DNA of 53,586 bases from positions 1 to 53,586 of IMG/VR virus record IMGVR_UViG_3300044994_000102; one strand, 5' to 3'. A model generated the notes under the pieces. It was not told the DNA's origin. It was given only the letters and a program-made list of their open reading frames with translations, and did not search any database. Each line of letters starts with the position of its first letter. Position 1 is the first letter of the stretch. The DNA comes from a virus. Its lineage: Duplodnaviria; Caudoviricetes. This document shows, piece after piece, positions 16,265 through 24,691 of the stretch. The position numbers and the translations under genes were made by a program.

Positions 16265-16675
16265 ATGGCACCCAAGCGCCGCCGCAAGCCCTCGATGCCC
16301 CCGACCCACGAGGGCTCCGAGCACTGGCACCAGAGCACCTTCATCTCCCTCATCCGCCAGGTCCCGCACGTCGCCGGGCGGCGCACCTACGCCACCCCGA
16401 ACGGATTCCTTCGCACGAAGGCCATGCGCATCCGGGCGTGGCAGGAGGGCATGGTCTCCGGCGTCTGGGACGTGCACGTGCCCGTCCCATCTCAAAAACA
16501 TCCGGGGATGTGGATCGAGTTCAAGGCCGGGAACAACACCCTCTCGAAGGAACAGAGGGAGTTCGGGCGGGACATGGAGGCCCTCGGGCACAAAACCGTC
16601 GTGGCCTACTCGTGGCGCGAGGCGTTCGACGCGTGGTGCGCGTACCTCGGCATTCGGGTCGAGCTGTCCGCCTGA
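16265..16675 (+). CDS. VRR-NUC domain nuclease
   Basis: GMVSGVWDV, WIEFKAGNNTLSKEQREF, GHKTVVAYS. Confidence 0.85.
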   Translation: MAPKRRRKPSMPPTHEGSEHWHQSTFISLIRQVPHVAGRRTYATPNGFLRTKAMRIRAWQEGMVSGVWDVHVPVPSQKHPGMWIEFKAGNNTLSKEQREFGRDMEALGHKTVVAYSWREAFDAWCAYLGIRVELSA

Positions 16676-16709
16676 ACACACAATTTCCCCTGGTGCACCG
16701 ATCCCCGCC

Positions 16710-17042
16710 ATGCCGCATCCTACGTCCACAGTGGACCGGAAGCCCAACATCGCCGACCTCGTTCATTACGACGAGTTCGGCCATAGCTCACCGGCCCTGC
16801 CGGAAAAGAAACTCATCGGCGCAATCATCCTAAGAGCCGTGCTCGACTACCACTCCACCGCTATCGCCGACCGGCACGCAAAACGCTCCGCCCGCCTGTT
16901 TCTGTTCAGCGACAACCGCAGAGTGAGCAACCTGAGAGCGTTCATGGAATTGCTCTACAGCGACCCAGACGTGCACATCAGGCGGCTCAGGGCCGGCGTG
17001 CTCGACGGCACCATCCGCCCGCAGAAGGTGGTGGTGGAATGA
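16710..17042 (+). CDS. Hypothetical protein, paralog of 9625..10155
   Basis: PEKKLIGAIILRAVLDY...KRSARLFLF. Confidence 0.7.
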   Translation: MPHPTSTVDRKPNIADLVHYDEFGHSSPALPEKKLIGAIILRAVLDYHSTAIADRHAKRSARLFLFSDNRRVSNLRAFMELLYSDPDVHIRRLRAGVLDGTIRPQKVVVE

Positions 17043-17368
17043 GGATCAAGCTCATGCGGGACCAGAGTGAGGCTAAGGCATCATTGGTGGACGAGCAGGG
17101 GAACAAGCTGGACGGGTTCTCCGCCCACCACTGGACCACAGACGCCAAGGGCACCGCCACCGTCACCCTCTACGGCGTGGAACTCGTGAAGGAAGAACCC
17201 CAGCAATCCGTCGTCACGTGCCCCATCTGCGCGGTGCAGTTCCTCATGATGGTGAAAGACATCGGCTTCAAAAGGCAGTACGCTGGAAAAAATGTATGGT
17301 GGAAGTGCGGGGCGTGCGGCAAGAAATCGAACGCCGAGGATTGGTTCTCGACGGAGCATTTGAATTGA
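17039..17368 (+). CDS. Zn-ribbon protein
   Basis: CPIC...CGAC; ATGA overlap. Confidence 0.65.
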   Translation: MRIKLMRDQSEAKASLVDEQGNKLDGFSAHHWTTDAKGTATVTLYGVELVKEEPQQSVVTCPICAVQFLMMVKDIGFKRQYAGKNVWWKCGACGKKSNAEDWFSTEHLN

Positions 17369-17403
17369 AGGCGTTGACGCGACTTTGGGATGCGTGCCAC
17401 CCT
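17366..17403 (+). promoter_or_regulatory. Rightward promoter with a degenerate operator
   Basis: TGAAGGCG-TTGACG-CGACTTTG; TTGACG-N18-CACCCT with an extended TG. Confidence 0.55.
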
Positions 17404-17431
17404 GGAACTGTCACCCGCAAAGAGGAAATGC

Positions 17432-17680
17432 ATGACAACCAAGGCTGAGCGGCGCGAGAAGAAGTGGGCCAAGCGAGAGGCACAACAACTGCGCAAGTTC
17501 ATCCGACGTGGACACTACTCGCGGGCGGTCAAGCGGGTCTTGGAGTTGATGCCACCTGTCGGCGAAGGGCCGATCTTTCGGGCCATCAAAGAGCGATACG
17601 GCTCGGTGACGTTTGACATTTCGTTCCCGATGGGGTCGATGGAGAACGATGTCATCACCACTGCGAATAAGGAAGACTGA
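17432..17680 (+). CDS. Hypothetical basic protein
   Basis: Likely start MTTKAE after GAGGA; coupled to the next gene. Confidence 0.55.
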   Translation: MTTKAERREKKWAKREAQQLRKFIRRGHYSRAVKRVLELMPPVGEGPIFRAIKERYGSVTFDISFPMGSMENDVITTANKED

Positions 17681-17904
17681 TGAAGATAAACATCCCTAGA
17701 GATCTCGACGCGACAAAAACAGGCAAGGCATACACATTGTTTGCCAAAGACGGAAACTTGTACGCGAACTATTGTCGATGGTCGCCCCACTTGGTCAAAG
17801 CGGCCATCGTGGAAGATGGCGCAGACCTCGATGGATTGCTCGCAGAAGGCAATTACATCGGCGAAGTATTCATCGTCCCTGCTGTTTCGGTGGATCTGGA
17901 GTAG
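17680..17904 (+). CDS. Hypothetical protein
   Basis: 74 aa, TGATG coupling. Confidence 0.55.
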   Translation: MKINIPRDLDATKTGKAYTLFAKDGNLYANYCRWSPHLVKAAIVEDGADLDGLLAEGNYIGEVFIVPAVSVDLE

Positions 17905-17908
17905 GTTC

Positions 17909-18307
17909 ATGCCTTCTAAAGCCCCCCGCCCCTGCTCACACCCCGGATGTCCCGAGCTGGTGACGATTGGGTCCAGGTGTGACAAACATCGGCGGGAGGA
18001 GTTCAAGCGGAAGACCCGTCAGGCCATGCAGGACGAGGGCAAGCGCGAGGACAAACGGTTCTACGACTCGACCCTGTGGCAGAAAACGCGGCGGATGGTC
18101 CTGATGCAAGACCCGTACTGCGCCCAGTGCCGACGTGAGAATCGGGTGACACTGGCGACGATGGTTGACCACGTCCACCGCATAGCCGCTGGGGGCGACA
18201 AGCTGAGTCGTGATAACCTGGAGGGGCTCTGCTCGAGATGTCACGCCGTCAAGCGGCAGCGGGAGAGCCAGGAAGTCAAACATCCTCGCGGATGGGACGG
18301 CGTATGA
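17909..18307 (+). CDS. Packaging-associated HNH endonuclease (HK97 gp74-like)
   Basis: PCSHPGCPELV, FYDSTLWQKTR, CAQC, VDH, NLEGLCSRCHAVK. Confidence 0.9.
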   Translation: MPSKAPRPCSHPGCPELVTIGSRCDKHRREEFKRKTRQAMQDEGKREDKRFYDSTLWQKTRRMVLMQDPYCAQCRRENRVTLATMVDHVHRIAAGGDKLSRDNLEGLCSRCHAVKRQRESQEVKHPRGWDGV

Positions 18308-18335
18308 CGCACCGAAACGTTTGCGACGGTAGAAC

Positions 18336-18430
18336 GGGGGGAGGGGGGATCAATCTCTACAGCTTTTCGGTTCGCGATCGCGCCCCTAACATCAAACACG
18401 CGACCGCGAAATTGGAAGTTTTGAAATTCT
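18336..18430. other. Probable cos region
   Basis: Non-coding gap after the HNH with a G-run, ATCTCT and CGCGAAATT, as typically seen between HNH and terS in cos phages; exact cut site not determinable. Confidence 0.45.
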
Positions 18431-18438
18431 GAGGATAG

Positions 18439-18954
18439 ATGCCGAAAAATAGAACGCCCGAGATTCAACACCTCAAGACGGCCGCCCTCATCCCGTACGC
18501 CCGGAACGCCCGCACCCACACGGAGGCGCAGGTGGCCCAGATCGCGGCCAGCATCCGCGAGTTCGGGTTCACCAACCCGGTGCTGGTCAAGGGGGACAAA
18601 ACCGTCATCGCGGGGCACGGGCGGCTTCAGGCGGCGCACCTGCTCGGGCTGGAAACGGTGCCGTGCCTCGTGCTCGACTACCTGACCGACACGCAGGCGA
18701 AAGCGCTCGCGATCGCCGACAACAAGATCCCGCTCAACTCCGGCTGGGACGTCGACTTGCTCAAGCTGGAGATGGAAGAGCTTCAGGAAAAGGGCATAGA
18801 GGTAGCACTGCTCGGTTTCAGCGAGGCAGACCTAGCAACGATTTTCCCGGTGGTGCCCGACTTCCAGCCGGTGAGCGTTGACGAGCAGGGAAAGCTCGAT
18901 GAGAAGAAGAAAGCTATGTGTCCCAACTGCGGCCATGAGTTCGAACCGAAGTGA
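18439..18954 (+). CDS. ParB/Srx N-terminal domain protein
   Basis: LIPYARNARTH, IAASIREFGFTNPVL, IAGHGRLQAA, IADNK, C-terminal CPNCGHEF. Confidence 0.9.
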   Translation: MPKNRTPEIQHLKTAALIPYARNARTHTEAQVAQIAASIREFGFTNPVLVKGDKTVIAGHGRLQAAHLLGLETVPCLVLDYLTDTQAKALAIADNKIPLNSGWDVDLLKLEMEELQEKGIEVALLGFSEADLATIFPVVPDFQPVSVDEQGKLDEKKKAMCPNCGHEFEPK

Positions 18955-19648
18955 CCTGAAACTCGATTGGTGCAGTCACGAAGCGGCGGAATATGCCTGT
19001 AGACAGTGGCACTATTCAAAAACAATGCCATCGGGAAAGGTCGCGAAGGTGGGAGTCTGGGAAGAAGAACAGTTCATCGGCGTCGTACTGTTCGGGAGTG
19101 GTGCAACACAGCAGATCGGGATGCCGTACGGACTGACACAACATCAGGTGTGCGAGCTAGTGCGAGTTGCACTCGACGCCCACCACTCACCGGCAAGTCG
19201 AATCGTCGCTATAGCTATCCGTTTGGTAAAGTCGGCGTTCCGTGGTTTGCGGCTTATCGTCTCCTACTCGGATCTGAACCAAGGACATCTTGGGGGTATT
19301 TATCAGGCGGGCAACTGGCTTTTTGTCGGCAAGGCAAAGGACCATGCCGGTGCCGTCGTTCTCCACGGCCGACAACATCACGGCAGGAGTATAGTCGCGA
19401 AGTACGGGACTCGTAATTTGGATTGGCTCAGGAAGCACGTAGATCCCAACGCGAGGCACGCCGAAACCGAAGGCAAACTGAAGTACCTCATGCCGCTTGA
19501 TGACGAAATGCGGCAGAAGCTGCTACCTTTGTCGAAGCCGTACCCGAAACGCGCCGGTAGTGTAACGCCAGCACGCCCTGCTAACCTGCAAGGAGGAGGC
19601 GGTTCAAGTCCGACCTCGGCGCTCCATTCTCAAGACGAAGACACATGA
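18935..19648 (+). CDS. mom: Mom-family GNAT-fold DNA (adenine) modification protein
   Basis: WHYS, GVWE..FIGVVLFG, CELVRVAL, LIVSYSD..QGHLGGIYQAGNW, KLKYLMPL, YPKR; placed between ParB and terS. Confidence 0.8.
   Translation: MSSNRSDLKLDWCSHEAAEYACRQWHYSKTMPSGKVAKVGVWEEEQFIGVVLFGSGATQQIGMPYGLTQHQVCELVRVALDAHHSPASRIVAIAIRLVKSAFRGLRLIVSYSDLNQGHLGGIYQAGNWLFVGKAKDHAGAVVLHGRQHHGRSIVAKYGTRNLDWLRKHVDPNARHAETEGKLKYLMPLDDEMRQKLLPLSKPYPKRAGSVTPARPANLQGGGGSSPTSALHSQDEDT
19551..19626 (+). tRNA. tRNA-Gly-like element (atypical) nested in the mom 3' end
   Basis: 76 nt; acceptor GCGCCGG/TCGGCGC, U73 plus encoded CCA, D stem GTGT/GCAC, T loop TTCAAGT; 8-nt anticodon loop containing ACC, no D-loop GG, bulged T stem. 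Confidence 0.7.
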
Positions 19649-20115
19649 AGGGCCGGAAGCCGACGCCGAATAACCTGAAGCTCTTGACGGGCAATCCGGG
19701 CAAGCGGCCAATCGCCGACGAGCCCGAGAGTCCTCTCCTGCCGGCCGACGACGAGCCGCCGGCGTGGCTGCACGACGACGCGAAACAGTTCTACCGCGAG
19801 ATCCTTCGGACCCTTTCCACCATGAGGGTCGCCACTGAGGCCGATCGGCTCGGCATCATCGCGTTGGCGCAATCACTGGCCGAGGTGAAGATCGCCCACG
19901 AGCAGATGAACAAGTACGGCCGGGTCATCAAGGACAAGTCCGGTGGCGCTACTCGGAACCCGTACGCCGTCCACGCGGCGCAGTTCATCGCGTTCGTCCG
20001 CCAGTTCATCACCGAGTACGGGCTCACCCCGTGCAGCCGGGCGAGGCTCATTGCGAAGGCCGAGGGGGGCGAGGAAGACCCGTTTACCAAGTACCTGAGC
20101 GGTGGCAAACAGTGA
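19645..20115 (+). CDS. terS: Terminase small subunit, P27 family
   Basis: GRKPTPNNLKLLTGNPGKR, PPAWL, NPY, EYGLTPCSRAR. Confidence 0.92.
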   Translation: MKGRKPTPNNLKLLTGNPGKRPIADEPESPLLPADDEPPAWLHDDAKQFYREILRTLSTMRVATEADRLGIIALAQSLAEVKIAHEQMNKYGRVIKDKSGGATRNPYAVHAAQFIAFVRQFITEYGLTPCSRARLIAKAEGGEEDPFTKYLSGGKQ

Positions 20116-21787
20116 GTCCGAACATCCCGCCGAGCGGTACATTCGCCACGTCCTTGACGGAACCCAGCTCGCCTGTCAGTTCGTCCGCCTGGCCGTCGAG
20201 CGGCACGTCTCCGACCTGAAGAAACAGGCAGACTCCAACTACCCCTTCTACTTCGACCCGGCCGCCGCCCAGCGGGTCATCGGCTTCTTCCAGTTCTGTA
20301 ACCACGTCGAGGGCAAGTGGGCCGGGGAGCCCATGGTCCTGGAGCCGTGGCAACAGTTTGCATTGTGGGTGCCGTTCGGCTGGAAGCGGAAGGGGAGCGG
20401 GCTTCGCCGGTTCCGCCGGGCGTACGTGGAGGTGGCCCGCAAGAACGGCAAGAGCACCTGGACCGCCGGCCTGGGGTTGTACTTCCTCATCGCCGACGGG
20501 GAGCCCGGTGCGCAAGTTTACTCGGCCGCCACCACGAGGGACCAGGCGAAGATCATCCACACGGCCGCCAGCCGCATGATCAAGGTGAGCCCGTACCTGT
20601 CCCGGATGGTGCGAACTGTCAAGAATAACTTGTCGGTTGTCGAGACGTTCTCGAAGTTCGAGCCGCTCTCCGCCGACTACAACACACTTGACGGCCTTTC
20701 CCCGTCGGCGGGGTTGATAGACGAGGTACACGCCCACCGAAACCGCGGGGTGGTGGACGTCATCGAGACCGGCATGGGCGCCCGCCGGCAGCCGATGATG
20801 TGGATGATCACGACGGCCGGCATCAGCACGGCCAACTCCATCGCGCTCGAGTTCCGGAACCACGGCGAGCAGGTGCTGAAGGGCATCCGGGAGGACGACG
20901 CCTACTTTCCCCTCATCTACACGCAGGACGACGGGGACGACTGGCTGGATGAGAAGCTCTGGACCAAGAGCAACCCGTCGCTCGGGGTGTCGGTCAACAT
21001 CGATGAGCTCCGGGACCTGGCGCTGAAGGCGAAAGAAATCCCCGCCGCGCAGAACAACTTCAAGACGAAGCGGCTCAACATCTGGTGCAACTCCAGGAGC
21101 AGGTGGGTGCCTGTCGAGCGGTGGGACGCGTGCAAGGAGGAGTTCGACCTAAAGGAGCTCCAAGGGAAAGAGTGTTACGCTGGCCTCGACCTGTCCACCA
21201 CCACCGACCTGTCTGCGCTGGTGCTCGTGTTCCCGTGGGCGGACGACCGCTACCGGGTGTTGCCGTTCTTCTGGGTGCCGGCGGAGAATGCCGACCTCCG
21301 GGCCCGGCGGGACCGCGTCCCGTACCCGCAGTGGATCCGGGAGGGGTACATCACGGCGACGCCGGGGAACGTCATTGACTACGGATTCATCCGGAAGGCC
21401 ATCACCGGCCTGGCCGACGTGTACAGGCTGAAGGAGCTGGCGGCCGACCCGTGGAACGCGACTCAAATTTTGCAACAGCTTCAGGAGGAGGACGGCATCA
21501 AGGTGGTCGAGATGCGGCAAGGGTTCGCCTCGATGTCGGCCCCGATGAAGCAGCTGGAGACGCTCGTGATGAGCCAAAAGCTCCGGCACGACGGGAACCC
21601 GGTCATGCGCTGGATGTGGGACAACGTGAGCGTGAAAATGGACCCGGCTGGGAACGTGAAGCCCGACAAGGAGAAGTCCGCCGAACGCATCGACGGGGTC
21701 GTGTCGCTGGTCATGGGGGTGGGGCGGGCGGCCCTCCGGAAAGAGGTCGTCAACCCGTACGAGACGGGCGGCCTGTTCGCCGTCTAG
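20102..21787 (+). CDS. terL: Terminase large subunit
   Basis: LEPWQ, VARKNGKS Walker A, IDEVH, ITTAG, GLDLSTTTDL, RIDGVVS. Confidence 0.95.
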   Translation: MANSESEHPAERYIRHVLDGTQLACQFVRLAVERHVSDLKKQADSNYPFYFDPAAAQRVIGFFQFCNHVEGKWAGEPMVLEPWQQFALWVPFGWKRKGSGLRRFRRAYVEVARKNGKSTWTAGLGLYFLIADGEPGAQVYSAATTRDQAKIIHTAASRMIKVSPYLSRMVRTVKNNLSVVETFSKFEPLSADYNTLDGLSPSAGLIDEVHAHRNRGVVDVIETGMGARRQPMMWMITTAGISTANSIALEFRNHGEQVLKGIREDDAYFPLIYTQDDGDDWLDEKLWTKSNPSLGVSVNIDELRDLALKAKEIPAAQNNFKTKRLNIWCNSRSRWVPVERWDACKEEFDLKELQGKECYAGLDLSTTTDLSALVLVFPWADDRYRVLPFFWVPAENADLRARRDRVPYPQWIREGYITATPGNVIDYGFIRKAITGLADVYRLKELAADPWNATQILQQLQEEDGIKVVEMRQGFASMSAPMKQLETLVMSQKLRHDGNPVMRWMWDNVSVKMDPAGNVKPDKEKSAERIDGVVSLVMGVGRAALRKEVVNPYETGGLFAV

Positions 21788-21856
21788 GTCGTGGCTATCC
21801 CCTGGCGGCCGTTTGGGGCAGTATGGGCCTGACACGTCAATGATTTGCGTCACCGG

Positions 21857-23545
21857 ATGAAGATCTTCGGGATCCCGATTCCATTCACCAGGCGGAGTGC
21901 GACCGCGCCGATCCCGCACGACCGGTACTTCGCCGTTGGCCCGTGGGGCTATCTCGACAGCTCCCGAATCAGCCCCGATACGGCGATTCGGTTCACGGCG
22001 GTCCTGTCGGCCGTTAAGGTCATCTCGGAGACGCTCGCCGCGCTCCCGGTCATGGTGTACCGGCGGCGGCCCGACGGCGGAAAGGACCGGGCGACGAAGC
22101 ACCCGCTCTACAAACTCCTCCGCCAGCGGCCCAACTCGCTCAAGACGTCCAGCTTCGAGTTCCGCGAGATGCTCACGGCGCACGTGCTGCTGTGGGGGAA
22201 CGGGTACGCGCAAATCCTCCGGAACAGTTTGGACGAGCCGGTCGAGCTCCGGCCGATGCACCCGAGCCGGGTGACGCCGAAAGTCGAGAACGAGCGGCTG
22301 GTGTACGTCCTCCGGATGCCGGACGGCGGCGAGCAGAAGCTCTCCGCCGAGCAGGTGTTGCACATCCGCGGCTACCGAGACTCCGGGAACGAGGGCCTTT
22401 CGGTGGTGGCGGCCGCCGAGAAGGCGATCCGGGCCGGGCTGAGCTTGGAGGACTTCGGCATGAACTTCTTCGAGGGCGGGGCGTTCCCGAGCGGCGTGCT
22501 CGAGTACGAGCAAGGGACGATGAGCCAGCAGGCCAAGGACAACCTCCGGGAGAGCTGGCAGAAGATCCACGGCGGGGCCAACCGCGGGAAGCAGATCGCG
22601 GTCCTGGAGGCGGGGCTCAAGTGGAAGCAGATGATGATCCCGCAGACGGACGCGCAGTTCTTGGAGCAGCGGAAGTTCCAGATCTCCGAGATTGCCCGCA
22701 TCTTCCGGGTGCCGCCGCACATGCTGGCCGACCTAGACCGGGCGACGTTCAGCAACATCGAACAACAGTCCTTGGAGTTCATCACCTACACCATGCTGCC
22801 GTGGTTCCGGCGGTGGGAGGAGGCCCTTGGCCGCGACCTGATCGACGCCGACGAGGCCGATGACGTGTTCGTCGAGTTCATCCCGGACGCGCTGCTCCGG
22901 GGCGACACACTGACCAGAGCCACGGCGTACCGCACCCAGATCGAGTGCGGCATCCTGTCCCGGAACGAGGCCCGGCTGATGGAGAACCGGAACCCGTACG
23001 ACGGCGGCGACGAGTTTCTGACGCCGCTCAACATGGCCGGCCCGAACGGGCAGAAGGATGACGCTCAAGGGGAGCCGGAGGAAGAGCGGGAGGAAGAGCG
23101 GGAGGAAGAGGCTCAGGCGCCCGAGCCGCAGAAGGGGCCGAGGGTCACTGACGACGCGGTGAAGGCGGCGTTCCGCGGGTTGTTCCGCGCCACGTGGGAG
23201 AAGATCGCCCGGAAGGAGGTGAACGCGGTGAAGGCCGCGGCCCGGAAGAAGTCGGCGGACGAGTTCGGCGACTGGCGGGCGGAGTTCCTCGACGAGCTGC
23301 ACGACTTCGCGAAAACCTGCCTGCGTGAGCCGCTTCATTCGTACGCCTTCATCCGCGGCGATGCGGACGCGACCGAGGCGCTCGTCCGGCATACACAAGC
23401 GTACCGCGAGGAGGTGTGTGCCGCCGTGCAAGAGTGCTTCGACAACCCGGCTGCGGGCTACACCCGCTCGGCGGACAAAGTTGCCGCCTATTGGACGGAG
23501 CGGCTCCTGGGGTACAGTGGGGAGGAGTATGGAACAACAGCCTGA
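21857..23545 (+). CDS. HK97-family portal protein with C-terminal extension
   Basis: AVLSAVKVISETLA, LLWGNGY, VLHIR, DAQFLEQRKFQISEIARIFRVPPHML, SNIEQQ, LLRGD, PLN. Confidence 0.95.
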   Translation: MKIFGIPIPFTRRSATAPIPHDRYFAVGPWGYLDSSRISPDTAIRFTAVLSAVKVISETLAALPVMVYRRRPDGGKDRATKHPLYKLLRQRPNSLKTSSFEFREMLTAHVLLWGNGYAQILRNSLDEPVELRPMHPSRVTPKVENERLVYVLRMPDGGEQKLSAEQVLHIRGYRDSGNEGLSVVAAAEKAIRAGLSLEDFGMNFFEGGAFPSGVLEYEQGTMSQQAKDNLRESWQKIHGGANRGKQIAVLEAGLKWKQMMIPQTDAQFLEQRKFQISEIARIFRVPPHMLADLDRATFSNIEQQSLEFITYTMLPWFRRWEEALGRDLIDADEADDVFVEFIPDALLRGDTLTRATAYRTQIECGILSRNEARLMENRNPYDGGDEFLTPLNMAGPNGQKDDAQGEPEEEREEEREEEAQAPEPQKGPRVTDDAVKAAFRGLFRATWEKIARKEVNAVKAAARKKSADEFGDWRAEFLDELHDFAKTCLREPLHSYAFIRGDADATEALVRHTQAYREEVCAAVQECFDNPAAGYTRSADKVAAYWTERLLGYSGEEYGTTA

Positions 23546-24506
23546 GATCATCGCCGTCCCGCACTTCGGTCGAGTTCACGATTACGTCGGGGCGTGGGCG
23601 ATCGAGCCCGTCTCGGCGAACGCGCTCCTGGCGATGGTCCGGTCGACCGACCTGGTCGCGCACGTGGCCGACTCGAAGGAGAGGGCGCTCGAGATGCGGT
23701 CGGCCATGACCGTTCAGCCGGACGGCCGGGGCAAGGCGTTCGCCATGGTGGGGATCTCCGGCGTCATGATGAAGCACGCGAGCTCCTTCGGCGGCTCGGG
23801 CACGGTCCAGATCCGGCGGGACATCCGGAACGCCGCGGGCAACGACGACATTTCGGCCATTCTGTTGAACATCGACAGCCCGGGCGGGACCGTCGCGGGA
23901 ACAGCCGACCTGGCGGACGAGGTGCGGGCCGCGACCAAGAAGAAGCCGGTGTACGCGTTCGTCTCCGACCTGTGCGCCTCGGCGGCGTACTGGGTGGCGA
24001 GCCAATGCGACGCGATCTTCGCCAACAACGCCACCGCCCTCATCGGGTCGATCGGCACCGTCATGACCATGTACGACATGAGCAAGGCGGCGGCCGACGC
24101 CGGGATCGAGACGCTGGTGTTCGCCACCGGCCCGTTGAAGGGTGCGGGGACGCAAGGGGCGGTCGTGACCGAGGAACAGCGGGCCTACTTCCAGACGCTC
24201 ATCGAGGACTCGCAGAAGAGCTTCGACGCGGCCGTCAGGAAGGGCCGGAGCCTCACCGACCTGCAGCTCAAGAGCGTGCGGTCCGGCGGCGTGTTCGGCG
24301 CCGAGGACGCCCAGGAGCGGAAGCTCATCGACGGCATCCAGTCTTTGGAGGCTACCGTCGACGCGCTTGTGAAGGCGGCGCACGCCCGGGGCCGGAGGGC
24401 CGAGGGCGAGGTGGCGATTCGAGCTAAGGAGGAGCAAGAGCAACCGGCCGCCACCTCCGCGGAGCCGTACCTACTCAAAGTTCGGATCTTGCGAGCCGCG
24501 TCATAG
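23529..24506 (+). CDS. S49 (SppA/ClpP-fold) prohead protease
   Basis: LNIDSPGG, CASAAYWVASQ, GSIG; GGAGG RBS. Confidence 0.9.
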   Translation: MEQQPEIIAVPHFGRVHDYVGAWAIEPVSANALLAMVRSTDLVAHVADSKERALEMRSAMTVQPDGRGKAFAMVGISGVMMKHASSFGGSGTVQIRRDIRNAAGNDDISAILLNIDSPGGTVAGTADLADEVRAATKKKPVYAFVSDLCASAAYWVASQCDAIFANNATALIGSIGTVMTMYDMSKAAADAGIETLVFATGPLKGAGTQGAVVTEEQRAYFQTLIEDSQKSFDAAVRKGRSLTDLQLKSVRSGGVFGAEDAQERKLIDGIQSLEATVDALVKAAHARGRRAEGEVAIRAKEEQEQPAATSAEPYLLKVRILRAAS

Positions 24507-24691
24507 TCTGTCACTTTCATTGCAGGTGCGGGGGCTCCGTCGGTTCCGTCGAACACGACTCCCCTGCTCGTAACTCACCAGCGGCCCGTCGGCCGTCTCA
24601 CGTTACCCAACGCAACACCACCGCTGTATCAACACATCCCTCCCCCTCGGGAGGGGAGGTCAACGCCTAGCGTGTATTTGAATGAGGAATT

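Noticed and set aside
19551-19626. Integration-site (att) tRNA remnant or standard decoding tRNA
   Set aside because: Full length, in the middle of the packaging module with no integrase nearby, and the anticodon loop and D loop are non-canonical
24507-24691. ncRNA or sixth operator between the protease and capsid genes
   Set aside because: Only one clear hairpin (CCTCCCC/GGGGAGG) and a half-site GTCAACGCCT; an ordinary capsid leader is sufficient explanation
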